A stretch of DNA of 64,000 bases from Diadema antillarum (lineage: Eukaryota), in the NCBI RefSeq assembly GCF_040938485.1, contig NW_027271020.1, positions 2,852,001 to 2,916,000 of the forward strand. Direction: 5' to 3'. The notes under the pieces are model-generated. The model ran no database searches, had not been told where the DNA came from, and saw only the letters and a program-made list of their open reading frames with translations. The translations under genes and the position numbers were made by a program. This document shows positions 48,052 through 61,210 of this stretch, one piece after another (position 1 is the first letter of the stretch; each line of letters starts with the position of its first letter).

Positions 48052-51000
48052 ACTTTATCTCCTGCAGACAACGATAACGACAATAAGACAGATCATAGTC
48101 AAAGACATGCGTTTTGTCTTTAGTCAATTTGTATCTGATGATAACACAAGCAAACATAAAATATATAATGAGACATCAAAATCACAGTAAAGCTTGAAGC
48201 AGAGGATTTTGCATTTAAGGAATCCAGTCGATAAACTCTGTGCTGTGTTTATTTGATTTTCACTTTTGATTTATTTCGGTGACTTTTGTTGTTGTTTTTG
48301 GGAGAAGAAGAAGAATACAATGTACAAACGAAAAGAGAGCAAATACACAGCTTAAGGTGAAATGACATTCTCTGAGGAAAATCATATTTAACAAACGAAT
48401 TCAATTAATAGTTAAGATACAAAATGCAACAGAACGTTGAATTTTCTTTTACATGACATCTTACAATCACCATACTTTAATAATGATTCTTGATGAGGTG
48501 ACAGCCGTTTCATGAAAAAAAAGGGGTCGCAAGTGCGGGGGAGGGAGGAATCACGAATAGTTTGATTTGATTCTACTTACTAATGAAATATGATTATGCT
48601 CAAAGGGATCATAAATAACCATAGCTCTACATTTCTGTTATAAGTATTTGTACTACATTATATTTCAATACATACTTTTATAACTATGAATATCATTAAT
48701 ATCATGAATATCAATAGCAATATCTATTTATCATCATTAACTGTACCTTTCTTTCAAAAGGTTTTCAAAAGGAGTGAGAATTACTTCAGATGATTAGGAA
48801 GAGCATTCCATACGTCAGATCCACAGTGTCTTTAGGACTTGTGAGCTAACAGAATTCTCGGTTTATCGACATGATCTAAATGAATGTTATTGCAGGTACA
48901 GATTGGATATTAATTAACTTTTTAATTTTGTTAAAGCATGAGGTAGCAGAATCTTTGTACACTTCAACATAAATCTTACCGTTTGAAAATCATTGATATC
49001 ATCTAATCTGATCATGTGAATCGGTTAAATAAAGGATCAATGTATTTTAAAGGTAGAATTCATACAGCCTTCTTCTTGTACAATTAAATCGTTTTAATTT
49101 GGATTTAACACAATTTACCCATAAGTAAGATTACAGATAAAGTATGTGAGGTAGGGTTACAGTAGAGTGTTAAGGCATTAAACGAATTTTTGAGACAGAA
49201 GTGTTTTATCCTATTGCATGGAATTCAAATTCCTTCAGCCAATTTTGAAGATATATTAGCTGTATGATAATTCCACCTTAAATAATTGTCAATCATTACT
49301 CCTAATTTTTATCTAAAAATGAATTTTCAATCTTTATTATCATAATCAATTTGCTGATTGACATGGGAGTGTGCAGTTTTTATGCATCATTAAATTTACC
49401 AATATTTAGCTATAGTTTATTACATTTCAACAAATTTGCCAACCAAGACATGCAAGATTTTGTTACAATTCAGTACATTTTTTTTTCAGTCTCGAAACGT
49501 TGCTAAACCTTGCCTTTAAACATTACCCAACATTACCTAATGAAGGCCATCAACAGTGAAACAGACTTCGGGGCCAATCCCGATGTACACTTCCTATCGC
49601 AGATTACTTACTACCATCTTATCATAGTATTAAGATTACAAAGAACCCCTGATTACTAGTCTCTACTCAGCGACACAGCCTTTGACCAGGGAGATGTTAC
49701 ATAGCGGAAGCAATTTGTGCAAATTTATGCGTAGGTTGGATAGCATTTCACTGGCTTTGATGTCCCATGCTCCAATCCACTCATCCATTGAGATTGGATG
49801 TGGAGACCAATGAAGTGGTTCTTGAAGATTTAAATATATATATATATATAAGTCGTATTGAAGAGAAAAATTAAATGTTTAAATCCTGTATGGAATATGA
49901 TGGAGATGATATCGATGAAAAAAAAAATCTTCAATCTCCCTTTTACAAATGCCCCAGGACTTAAAAAAATAACAGCAAACAAGAATATTAGTAGTCTCTC
50001 AACAACAAAAAAAAAAGAAAGAAAAAAGGTATACATTCAACCATCGTGAGGACAAATGTGCACAAACTTGATCACCAGGTTTTAACACTTGAATATCATT
50101 TCTTTTTAAATTAAGTAATTGTCTAATGTGATGTCGACGCACTTAGTCAGACAGTAACATTTTACATCCAAAGAAGTACATTTTTAAATTTTTTATCCTG
50201 TCCTTTACATATTAATATTTGCTACCGAAAATATTACGAGACTATAAATATATGAACTGCTGCTCGCTATAGATTTGTCGTGATTCGGGAATGATGCATA
50301 TTTGAACAGAAGGGATCTGTTTTATCAATGCAATGTATTGTCACCTGCGATTTACAGCTCATAATCTCCGCGACAAAAAGGAGAATAGAGAGATACTGGT
50401 TTCTTCTCCTCCGATTACATTTTCCTCCATTGACATATTGACCATTGACGTATACTGCTATCCATACTTTTATTCATAAAAAAATAACAGCTATTTGAAT
50501 ACTCTGGAATAAGACTGAATGTATGTTTGAACGAAAATCAAATCTCAACAAAACCCTATGCCTCGACTTTTTCCTTACAGCACCAAGTCCCGAGGCTAGT
50601 TGCTGTAAAAATGATCATCCTGCCGTCATTAAACTCCCACCTCAAAATGTCACTTTGTGTCTGACACTGGAAAAAGACTGGAAGGAACTTACGAAATTTG
50701 TTAAGTTTTCACTTGATCGCGGACAGAACTCTATAAAGCTTTACAAAGTTGAAAGAGAGAAGCAAGAATTCAAATCGTGTCAAATGTGTGCCAATGTAAA
50801 AAAAATAAAACATTTTAGAATTATTGTTTTAGAATTTGTTTTAAATTTAGGCTTTTGAAAATGCAACTGCAACTGCAACATTCAAGCAATTACGTATCAA
50901 CATCAGCAAGGATCAGAGGGCTAATGACATAATAGAAATTGTTTTTTTTTCATTGTTCTCACGATGGATTATAAAACTACATCATAAAGAACAAATCACA

Positions 51001-51919
51001 GAAATATGGTTTCTGAGTTTATGGGTTGATTATTCAAAGGTTATAGGACCATGGTTGTTTCCATCTTCAAACTGTCTCCGTGTGTTTTTGTATTCTTCAA
51101 TTGGTAGGGCAAATATCGCCCTGAATTGTGCAGTGAATGTCAACATACAACTTAAACATCACAGAACTTCACAAATACCGCTGAATAATTCTGTCTGCGG
51201 AATCAAGTGTACATTCAGTCAACTTCGTGTTTAAATAAACGCTTTCGCTCATTGTCGATGCAGCACATGTTCAGAAGGAATTGCCATTAGGCCCTACTGG
51301 ATGACAACATCAATTCGAAAAAAAAAAGTTTCGCGAAAGAAACTGTACACTTACAGCTGCTTACCACACGGTTCACCTGTTTATAAGGTATATACTCTGA
51401 CATGGGATATGCTGGGTCAATGCGATATGATAATCAAATTGATCCCATTTAAGAAAAGGCATGTTAGTGACCATTACTTTATGTTCATTTGCAGTGATAT
51501 CATAAGTATTGAGGTTTTTTTGTTATTTGCTATGATATCATGTTTTCTTATGTTTTATAAGCCTATAACTGATGGAACCGAACATACAACTGCAGATGTG
51601 ATTCCAGCAGTGTTCACTATCTGCAAGATTTGACAATTCCTATTCTCAGAATACTAAAAAGATTCGAAGATTCAAGGTTTGATTCAAACATTGATAGAAC
51701 ACGACTAGGTTAATTCTTATTTCATACTACATGCAAAGGTATCATGCCTACATGTTTTAAAAGAGTTATAGATGTAATATTAAAAACATTGCGCGCAAAT
51801 CTTGTTTCGATTGAATTTTCAACGAATTGTTCATTGGTGTGTATATCTCTACCTATCTCTTTCTTCTTTTTCAACCTTCTTATGTACAATTATGACTATG
51901 ATGTATGCTATTCTTTTCA

Positions 51920-52007
51920 TAATTACGTCCCTCTGCGCCTCAGAATAGGATACTAGATCGAAGGCGCATTACAAATGCTGTACTTATTATTATTATTATT
52001 ATTATTA
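51920..52007 (+). mobile_element. Probable SINE/LINE 3' tail ending in (TTA)n
   Basis: GCGCCTCAGAATAGG...GGCGCATTACAAATGCTGTACTTATTATTATT resembles L2-type 3' ends; short. Confidence 0.4.
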
Positions 52008-52377
52008 AATAACAAAGTAGGCCATATTTTATTCAGTAGGTCCTATGAATGTGGCTCGAATTGTCCGCGCATTTAAAAGATCCTAAAACCGTAGTGTGAT
52101 TACTATAACCTTAGAACATCACATAACATTTCCGTCATTTTTGACATAGACTAAAAAAAATACGGCCGGAAAAGGGGTGTGGGTGGAAAATCATTCAAAT
52201 ATCCATCTGTGCAACTATAGAGCTTATATACCTTTCGCATATAGACAGGAAATTTCGTGTTTTTCACTTTTGGGAATATGTTCAAAGAGGAAATGACAGG
52301 GAATGAATAAAGCAATTACTTGTTGTTGTTTTTTATGTTCTGTTATATGTTGGCAGATGTAATGATAAAAGAGTCAG

Positions 52378-52545
52378 GGGCCTTGTTTCATAAAGTTGTT
52401 CGTAAAGTTACGAACGACTTACGAACGACTGGTGATCAGTTCTTATGTGCTAGCTTGTCAGAATTTCAATAATTCAGCACAAGAACTGATCACCAGTCGG
52501 TCGTAAGTCGTTCGTAACTTTAGGAACAGCTTTTTGAAACATCCC
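52378..52545. mobile_element. Harbinger-like palindromic MITE with CAG target duplication
   Basis: About 65-bp TIRs (GGGCCTTGTTTCATAAAGTTGTTCGTAAAGTTACGAACGAC... and its inverse) and CAG on both flanks (52375-52377, 52546-52548). Confidence 0.8.
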
Positions 52546-54731
52546 CAGGGAGTGGTATCTCTGAGGAAGAGGAAGTGAAGAAGAAATATAAAAAGATAAA
52601 GAGCTATTGCGTAAGAGATTAGCTTATGAAACCACTGGCAACATTCCTAGTTTTGTAAATCAACATCATTACACGTCGGGCTTGCACCTCATGAGCCTGA
52701 ACACGTGCTTTGTCTTTATTTTCAAACCAAATTAAAATATTCATATTTGTCAAGAGGAATCATTAGCCACAATTAGGTAACGAGCATAATATACACAACA
52801 TTTCATGAAATCGAAAGGAAGTACGTAACAGCCATAATTCTGCAATAACATTGTAATATATTCTATAATACTAGTAGTATAATAAGCTAAATAATTGTGT
52901 CGATTTATGATCTCCTGAACATCACATTTTTCATGTTTATCTAAATACGTCACAATGCATTCTATAATTTTTCTGCTGTTTTTCTGACTTTACGCTTACA
53001 AAAAAAACTCTCAAAGTAAGAATGTGTAGATAATATCATCTGACAATCACTGCTGAAGTACTAATTTGATTAACAAAAAAAAGCAATAACATTGGAATGT
53101 ATATCTTCCCTCAGACTGTGTATAATTTCCATATTTCCATGTTACCTGTTCAAATCAAATTAAATCAAAATTAAGAAAAGGCATTGCACGGAAACAGACA
53201 AAATATAGGGGTAACTAGGCCAGTGGATTCCATTGTCTTTTGTTTATCATATTAGTTCAGTTCAGTTCATTTATTTTCATTCTCATTTTTTCCAACAAAA
53301 CATAACACAGAATAAATCAGGAATTATATCATATGCATTATGTACATTAGAATGTGCGAATCGAAAATTAACAAATAGAGGTATACATATCGGCAAAATA
53401 CTAAATTATGTTTGAAGGGGGAAAAGGAGAACTGAGAGGTTCACTACGAAAAAAAGCAATGCTTGTATATTGTGAACCACTCAAGTGTTTCTTTAGAATT
53501 ACTTACTGTAATTACAAATACTTAACACGAAAATGATTAATTAATTGATTAATCAATTAACACGAGAATAATTAATCAAAATGAAATAATTATTAGTATA
53601 CTCTACCAGTAATTGGCAGCTTATGTCACTGGCAGAATCATGGTTTGGAAGTTGTTTTTTTGTGTGTGCGTACGTGAACATATCCAATTCATCTGAAAAA
53701 CATAGTAGAAAAAATTGAAATATGACACATGTTTTAAAATTTTAAAGTCATATAATTGATGATAAGGGCATTATGACCTAAACCAAGTCAATTTTTCTCA
53801 ATTTACAACACAATTTTTGTAATCTAGTTAATTCAATTTAGCAAATTAAACGACGTAAAGACTTGATTAATAACAGCGTAGACATAATGTTTAAAGTCTT
53901 ATAAAACGACTCACCCAACGTTCAAAGACGGTACAGATGAGCTAGAATCTGGCTTTCGATATAAAGACACCGATTCCACCTATGCCCACCTGCCAACTGT
54001 TATATACTGACAACAACAACGCGGAATATCATCTTGGTTTTCAAATTTATGTGTTAATGAAACGACTTACCTTTTGTTGATATCAGACAACATTAACAAA
54101 TTAATACTGCGTCAATCCACAATGATAAAGTCAATGCTTTGTAGTTTCTCCTTACCGTGCTGCAAGCGACGTCAAAAGAATGGGATTGGAAATAAAATGA
54201 TCCACACAGTTCCTACGTCGCTTTAGACGCAACACATCAGCTGCTTTTCAACAAGAGTGATGGTCTCCCCTCACTATAAAGCTGTCTTTTTCAAGTAGTA
54301 CGGAGAACACTTTCACACTCTGTACACTCATTAACAATCGCGTGTGTGTTGTCCACCTTTACAGCGAGATGAAAATAAGTTATGACCATTGTAGCGGAAT
54401 GGCTACTGTCACACACACGAAGCCAGATGACATGAAGGGACACTTAAATCTGACGGACTGTCATTGTGTATCTAACTGATTGAACTTTGCACTCCCGTTA
54501 GCTTTGGTTCATCCAGTACCTCGTGCATTAACACGCTTTCATGATAGATATCATGTTTCTGTTTTTAATGTTGTTTTGTCAATTTTTATTGTCTGTAACT
54601 CACTTGTTCATATTGTCTCTCACTATACGAGACATTTCAATTCTACAATTTCAGTTTATAGAGAAAATGTCATTGGAGCGTGTGAAAATGTGAGTGGACA
54701 AGCTTCTATGTATGGTTGCATGTGTGTGCGT

Positions 54732-54736
<5 letters not shown>

Positions 54737-54800
<64 letters not shown>
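54737..54800. repeat. (TG)n microsatellite
   Basis: Seen directly. Confidence 0.95.
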
Positions 54801-54802
<2 letters not shown>

Positions 54803-55475
54803 GCATACTGGGTAGATATCCCTAAGATAAGAGATATCACGAAGTTTGATGTAACACAATATCAACTAACATGGGACTCACTTTGGACAATAAGACATGA
54901 CCACTTAATCATCCAGCCAGGTAGAATGAACAACCCGGGTTTGCTTGGGATAGGATGAAAGGTCGTCTTTGGATTGCTTCTACACACATGCAGTGACTCA
55001 GGTCTTTTTGAACTCGAGGGACCAAAAAAAAAAAAAAAAAAAAACAGCAACAACAACAACAAAACACTTCCGGAGTCTGAAACGCTGCTATAAGAAGTAG
55101 TACTATACAACAAGGCCTTCCGTTTGCAGCGAACATCACGTTATCAAAAAAGAAGGGGAAAAAAAAAAAGAATGACGAGTGGTTATTGATCATGCTTTCA
55201 TCTTCTACTGCATTTGACATTTTTCTCATTGTCGCTTTTTGCTGGCACCAGCATGTAGACCAAGCCGACATTGACTGTGCATGCTTTTCCTGCGACATAT
55301 CCAACGTCTCTCAAAGGTGTATATCAAACGTAAAATGACGCTGCATACAGGTCTCATGTATGTTAGTCAGGAAGCAAGCCTTAGTGGTAGGGCGAAAACT
55401 TAGCATATTGCAGTGCGAATTGTCACTGCATAAATTATGACATGCAGCAAGAAAAGATAAAAGATGTACCGTTAA

Positions 55476-55863
55476 AGGGGTAGTATAGTATTGGTGGAGA
55501 TGAGAAATGGACTTTTAACTTTTTGCGATATATCAAGAAACCACTTGTTAAAATAGTCCAGAGCATATGCCATTCTAAAGGGGAATTCAAAGTTTATTTG
55601 ATGAAAATCGGTTTTGGAATGGCCGAGACATCTAAAAACAAAGTAAAACAAAGCAGTCGGAATAAAAGATGGGTCCCAGCTTTTATTAGTATTACTCTGT
55701 TTTGGGTGTCTAAGCCATTTACAAACCAATTTTCATCAAATAAACGTTGAATTTTTATTGGAATTACATGCTCCTTTATATTTTCATAAGAGGTTTCTCG
55801 TAACCTCACCCCAAAATGTTATAGGCTTGATGTTAGGTATCCATAAAAACTATACGATCCTTT
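55476..55863 (+). mobile_element. Kolobok-like family B copy
   Basis: TTAA|AGGGGTAGTATAG start; interior collinear with 58834-59217; right end degenerate. Confidence 0.65.
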
Positions 55864-56036
55864 TTTTTTTTCCTCTGGAGGCGTACACACACAGTCAGTT
55901 ATAAATTATTGCATCGTACTGTATCACATGCACTGTTTTTTTTTTCTTCTTCTTTTGTGATGGTAATTTTGGTTTTGCATTGTCTTAATGTTATTTTGTT
56001 TTTTAGTCTTTTTGTGCGCTCAGAAACACCAGTATA

Positions 56037-56214
56037 NNNNNNNNNNNNNNNNNNNNNNNNNNNNNNNNNNNNNNNNNNNNNNNNNNNNNNNNNNNNNNNN
56101 NNNNNNNNNNNNNNNNNNNNNNNNNNNNNNNNNNNNNNNNNNNNNNNNNNNNNNNNNNNNNNNNNNNNNNNNNNNNNNNNNNNNNNNNNNNNNNNNNNNN
56201 NNNNNNNNNNNNNN
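56037..56214. other. Assembly gap (178 N)
   Basis: Run of N. Confidence 1.
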
Positions 56215-56301
56215 TAACGAGGAAACACTTAATACAAGCCCCACCTGTACTTTTCCATTTTATGGAGGCAAGGGCCTAAACAAATTGAGCTGAGATCTAA
56301 C

Positions 56302-58019
56302 GGGGGCATCCCACGAGACCGACACCCACGAGTCATACGGTCCTCGAGACCGACATCAATAATAGGTCCATGAGTCACACAGCCCACGAGTTATACGGCT
56401 CAGGAGTCATACAGCCCATGAGTTCGACACTACGCACAACAGGCTCATGAGAGCGACACCAAGCAAACATAGCCCACGAGACCGACACTAAGCAATAAAG
56501 GCTCATGAGACCGACACTAAGCAAAGAAAGCCCACGAGGCCGACAATAAGCTAAAAAGGCTCACGAGACCGACACTAAGCAAAGGAAGCCCACGGGACCG
56601 ACAGTAGGCAAAGAAGGCCCCCGAGACCGACAGGATAAACAGCGCCATCTACATGTCAATCACCTGTGCAGGGTGTTCCATGAACGGAAAAATAACATAC
56701 TGGCGGGTGTAATTTCGTAACGCTATCAACTGAAGGATGGTGACCATTTACATAATTATTAACGTCATCAAATATGTATTTCTACATACTTCTGGGGAGG
56801 GGGGGGGGGACAAGTGTGTCAGGGAGCGACATTGTTATCAAGTAGAAAAATTGAATTGTATTCTTCATGCCACCGCTCCCTCCCCCTCCCCAAAAAATAG
56901 AAGAATTAGTATTCTTCACCCCCCCCCAAAAAAAAAGAGACAAAAACACAAATGAATTTAACAGAGGACAATAACGATGTATGAATTAATATTAGAGCAT
57001 TGATAATGCCATCGTGCTATTTTTTAAAGGCTTTCCCAATTTTTAGCTAGAAGATGGACAGGATATAATTTTTACCTATTCTCTTTCCCGATTCACTAGT
57101 TACTTATTCTATTTTAGATTTTCTACCCTCCTGCTTGGAAGTTTTGCAGTAAGATCTATTTGTAATTTTCTCTGTAACTGTAATGTAATGCTACTAATTA
57201 AAACGTTTTATATCGCAGGGACTCACCTCAATTTGTGGCTTGTGTTATTCTCCTCCAAACAGTACATTTTTTTTCGTGAAATACAATAGCTGTTTTCAAT
57301 GATGCATCTAATTTTTCCCGAATCCCTTACGCTACCTTAATAGACGATTACGTTATTTTTTTATTTCTAATTAATACTAATTCAACACCCTCGCAGGTTT
57401 ACTATGGAAAGATCTGTTACACACTTTTACTGTACTTTGTTCATTTTTTTTCACAAACAAACACCCATGCAAACACAATTAAAGATCCTGATCATTTCAG
57501 GGGGGGGGGGGGGGGCAACTGATGGGGTTACACCCTGCCGGAGATGGCAACTCTTCTTTTCCATCTCTCATATCTGCCTATGCTATTATCAGGACATCCC
57601 ATACAATTTATTGGTCTATAGGTGGCGCTGTTCATCCTGTCGGTCTCGTGGGCCTTCTTTGCTTAGTGTCGGTCTCGTGAACCTCTTTTGCGTAATGTCG
57701 GTCTCGTGAGCCTTGTATGCGTAGCGTCGGTCTCGTGGACCTTTTAAGTGTAGTGTCGGTCTCGTGGGCTTGGTTTGCTTACTGTCGGTCTCGTGAGCCT
57801 TTTGTGCGTAGTGTCGGTCTCGTGAGTCGTATAACTCCTGGGCTTATTTTACTTGATGTCGAACTCGTGGGCTTTATTTACTTAGTGTCGAACTCGTGGG
57901 CTGTATAACTGGTGGGCTGTATGACTTGTGAGCTGTATGACTCGTGGGCTGTATGACTTGTGAGCTGTATAACTTGTGGGATGTATGACTCGTGGGTGTC
58001 GGTCTCGTGACGTGCACCC
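56302..58019. mobile_element. Foldback-type non-autonomous element with 350-400 bp arms built from 29-bp and 16-bp repeat units
   Basis: Termini GGGGGCATCCCACGAGACCGACACCCACGAGTCATAC vs inverse GGGTGCACGTCACGAGACCGACACCCACGAGTCATAC. The left arm has CACGAGACCGAC cores at 56417-56620, the right arm has GTCGGTCTCGTG cores at 57639-57887, and the inner ends also match. No TSD recognised. Confidence 0.8.
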
Positions 58020-58833
58020 TTTTTATTACCCACACGCTGTACTTTAGAAACAGTTCAAACGCTCTTAGCTATTGCCTCGGCCGTGGTAGACTGCTCCGGC
58101 GGTACCTTGTGTGGATAATTTTTAATAATGCCCTCACTGATCTGTAGAATTTACTTTGTGTAATAGAAGATTATGCTTTTCAGAAGTCGATCAATAGGCC
58201 AGCTTGCCTAATGACGTCAGAGGGGATTAATCGAACTTGAGTAATTGATGTTTTGCTGCGGTATTTTCGATTTTTAAGTGAGAGTACCCCCACACCATCG
58301 ACACAGAAATCAAACTGCCGGGTTATATTTTGTCCTTGTACCAATTACAGTGGATGCTCAGTTAATGCATACCCGATTTGTAAAGTCACAAAAGTTCTTG
58401 GAATATTGCACACTTCGATCAACAGTTACAAATTTGTATTTCAGTTTTCGTCAAATTCGTGTGCTGTTCTTTGTATCAATCCATGATATCACGCTATATG
58501 ATAACGAACTGATACAGGGAATTTCGCGTAACTCCATTACATTTATACATATACATATATATAAATTCATACGTATATCCACATAAAGATAATAAAGGCA
58601 GCACAGGTCTACACAATAGCAATGATACCACATGAACAGTGCATAATCTCGAGTACACTTTAATAGGCTGTTTCACGATAATTGCAATGATCCCTCAAGA
58701 TGCATTTCATTACCCGTACAAGCCGAAGGCTTCGGTAAAATAGAATTAATTATGTATCAGGGTTGATTTGGCAGTTATAGAGTTTCTAGTTTTTAGAGTG
58801 GTACAGCTTGGCAGGGTCTAGTGCTGACATTAA

Positions 58834-59217
58834 AGGGTGTGTACAGTTCTGGTCGAGGTGAGGATTTAGCTTTTAACGTTTTGCGAGATATTCAGAAACC
58901 ACTCTATGACATGTCAAAGAGCATGCAGTTCTAAGGGGTATCAAAAGTTTATTCTATGAAAATCGGTTTTGAAATGGCTGAGATATCCAAAAAACAAGGT
59001 AAAACGAAGAGATCCTAATAAAGTTGTGGCATGTCGCCTTTTATTATTATCATTTTTTTTGATATCTCAGCCATTTGAAAACCAATTTTCATCAAATAAA
59101 CGTTAAATCCTTCTTAAGATTACATGCTCTTTCATATTTCATAAGAGGCTTTTCATTACCTCACTTAGGAATGTTCAAAACATAAACCCCCACCTCAACC
59201 AGTACTGTACAGTCCCT
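58834..59217. mobile_element. Kolobok-like non-autonomous element (family B, intact ends)
   Basis: TTAA at 58830-58833 and 59218-59221; 27-bp TIR AGGGTGTGTACAGTTCTGGTCGAGGTG vs AGGGACTGTACAGTACTGGTTGAGGTG. Confidence 0.85.
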
Positions 59218-61210
59218 TTAAGACCGTCGATTTTCAATGCAGCCAAAACATGATTATAGTGTATGAACATGCACTCTGACGACTCTGAGTGTTTTATTGA
59301 CACTTGAACGCGAATGAAATAAAACCTGCGTCGCCTACTCATGGTGACGGTGCATGGACTTTCAACTCTATGATAAACAGCACAATCTCGTTAACGTGTC
59401 ATAATTGACAGAGCGTATTTGCCAAACGGGTGTAATTGTTTCTGATTAAACAATTTCCATTTTTATTTATGCCTTGTTCTCCACGTCTTTATGTTTTAAT
59501 GCCAATTAGCGGAAGCTTATGGAGCCATTACTTTATCATCGCGAATTGTATCAGTCAAGTTTGTTTTCTTTTACGCTTGGCAGGTCGCTTATAAGTTTCT
59601 ACACACTAATCCACAATTTCTATGTACTCAAACAATACGTACATTGCATGGATATGTCATCAAGTGTAGGGCTATACGTGCCCTCTCGATAGAGTGTTTG
59701 GATATCATTTTCTTTTTGTAACGCAGAATCATATAGAACACATGTACGCGGTCAGATTTGAAAGCAAGATTTCTCATTGGGACATGATATTCAAATTTTT
59801 TCTAATTTCATGTTTTTTTTTCTGATTATTTCTGACTATAAGAATGACAAAATCGTGTCAAATTCCTCTTGTTTGAGAAATTCAAACAAGCAAGTCAGTG
59901 TCGATGCTAATCATGATGCTCACAGGACCTTTGTTGTCCAAAACGCATGGTACCCTCAACATCACTTATGTGGCGAAACGAATATCTTTTTGTTGTCGTT
60001 GTTCTCCTTTTTTTTTTGTCAGATTAACTAGATGCGCCCTCCAAAACAAAAACAAACGCAAAAACAAACCTTCCAAGCCAATTTTCTGCTTTTGACCTCA
60101 TCTGTCAATCATTGCTAAGGTACTGGTAAAATTAACAAAAGACATTGGAATGCACCTTCCCTGAGACCGAACATAGCTTGCACGTTCCCCTGCAATGTCT
60201 TTTGTTAAGGATATTAGTACTTTAGCAATGATTCACAGATGAGATCACGAAACAGAATACTGGTTTTTGAAGGGTTTGTTTGAGGGCGTATATCCAAGTA
60301 ATCTAAAGAAAAATAGTATAAAAATATTATGAAATAATATATGTAACGTACGTAGAAATTTGTCTCGCAACATAAGTGATGTTGAAGATATCAAGAATCA
60401 ACACAAATCACAACATGCACTTACATCACATAGGCCCGTTGATTTCTATTCATTCAACATGTATATATATTACATCCCTAATTCATTACACCATTTAACT
60501 ACATTATATCCGCTTTCGATGACTGCTTTCAGGCAGAGACTATACAGTGATGGCTGCAAGTTCGTGGTGACTTTAATATGGCGCGAAAATCGTACACTTA
60601 CATTTGTATGAACAACTGCGAGCAGGACAAGGTAGCAAACTGACGTGTCATTTGTAATTAGTGCACCAGTTGGAATAACATATCTTTCTCTACAAATAGG
60701 AATAAATACCAGACCTCTTAGATCGCACTGGCCATGTCTACGTACAGGATATGATAACGCAATACGTTGAGAGTTACTGCATGCCTACAAAACATCTTCC
60801 CCAGCATAGGTTTTTAAGGATCCCTTGTCGAAGAAATGTAGGCAAGATTACTTCCGTGTTTGCCATTGTCGTGATCGTGTTGCGTGAACATTGACCATCG
60901 TTACCATGCTTCTCTATAATGTGATACGATGTCTGTAAACAAAACCTGCATTGTTTTCCTAATCTTTGTTGTGAATATTTAGAAAATGAAATCTAAATCT
61001 ATGCAACATAAGTCAAAACCAACACATGAGATTACGATTACCAATCGTAGACCTATTTGGTCGTTTCACGTGAGGTAATTAGAATCGTTTCACGTTGATG
61101 TTGAAATGGCACTATCTCAATGTGCGTCAACACGACTGCCGTGACTTCGTACATGGTTGTACGAGTATCTCTTTATTCATAAGGCAGGAATATGAGTTAT
61201 GAATTTGAAC

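Noticed and set aside
50523-50858. 111-aa ORF with an upstream acceptor-like site
   Set aside because: No recognisable domain and ordinary AT-rich codon usage; likely chance.
54480-55304. ORFs containing CVCVCV or poly-F/poly-C stretches
   Set aside because: Produced by microsatellites and homopolymers.
55899-56293. ORFs spanning the N run
   Set aside because: Artefacts of the assembly gap.
56302-58019. CRISPR array
   Set aside because: Eukaryotic context, a 12-bp core and 17-bp spacers (too short), mutually similar spacers, an inverted arrangement on two arms, and no cas genes.
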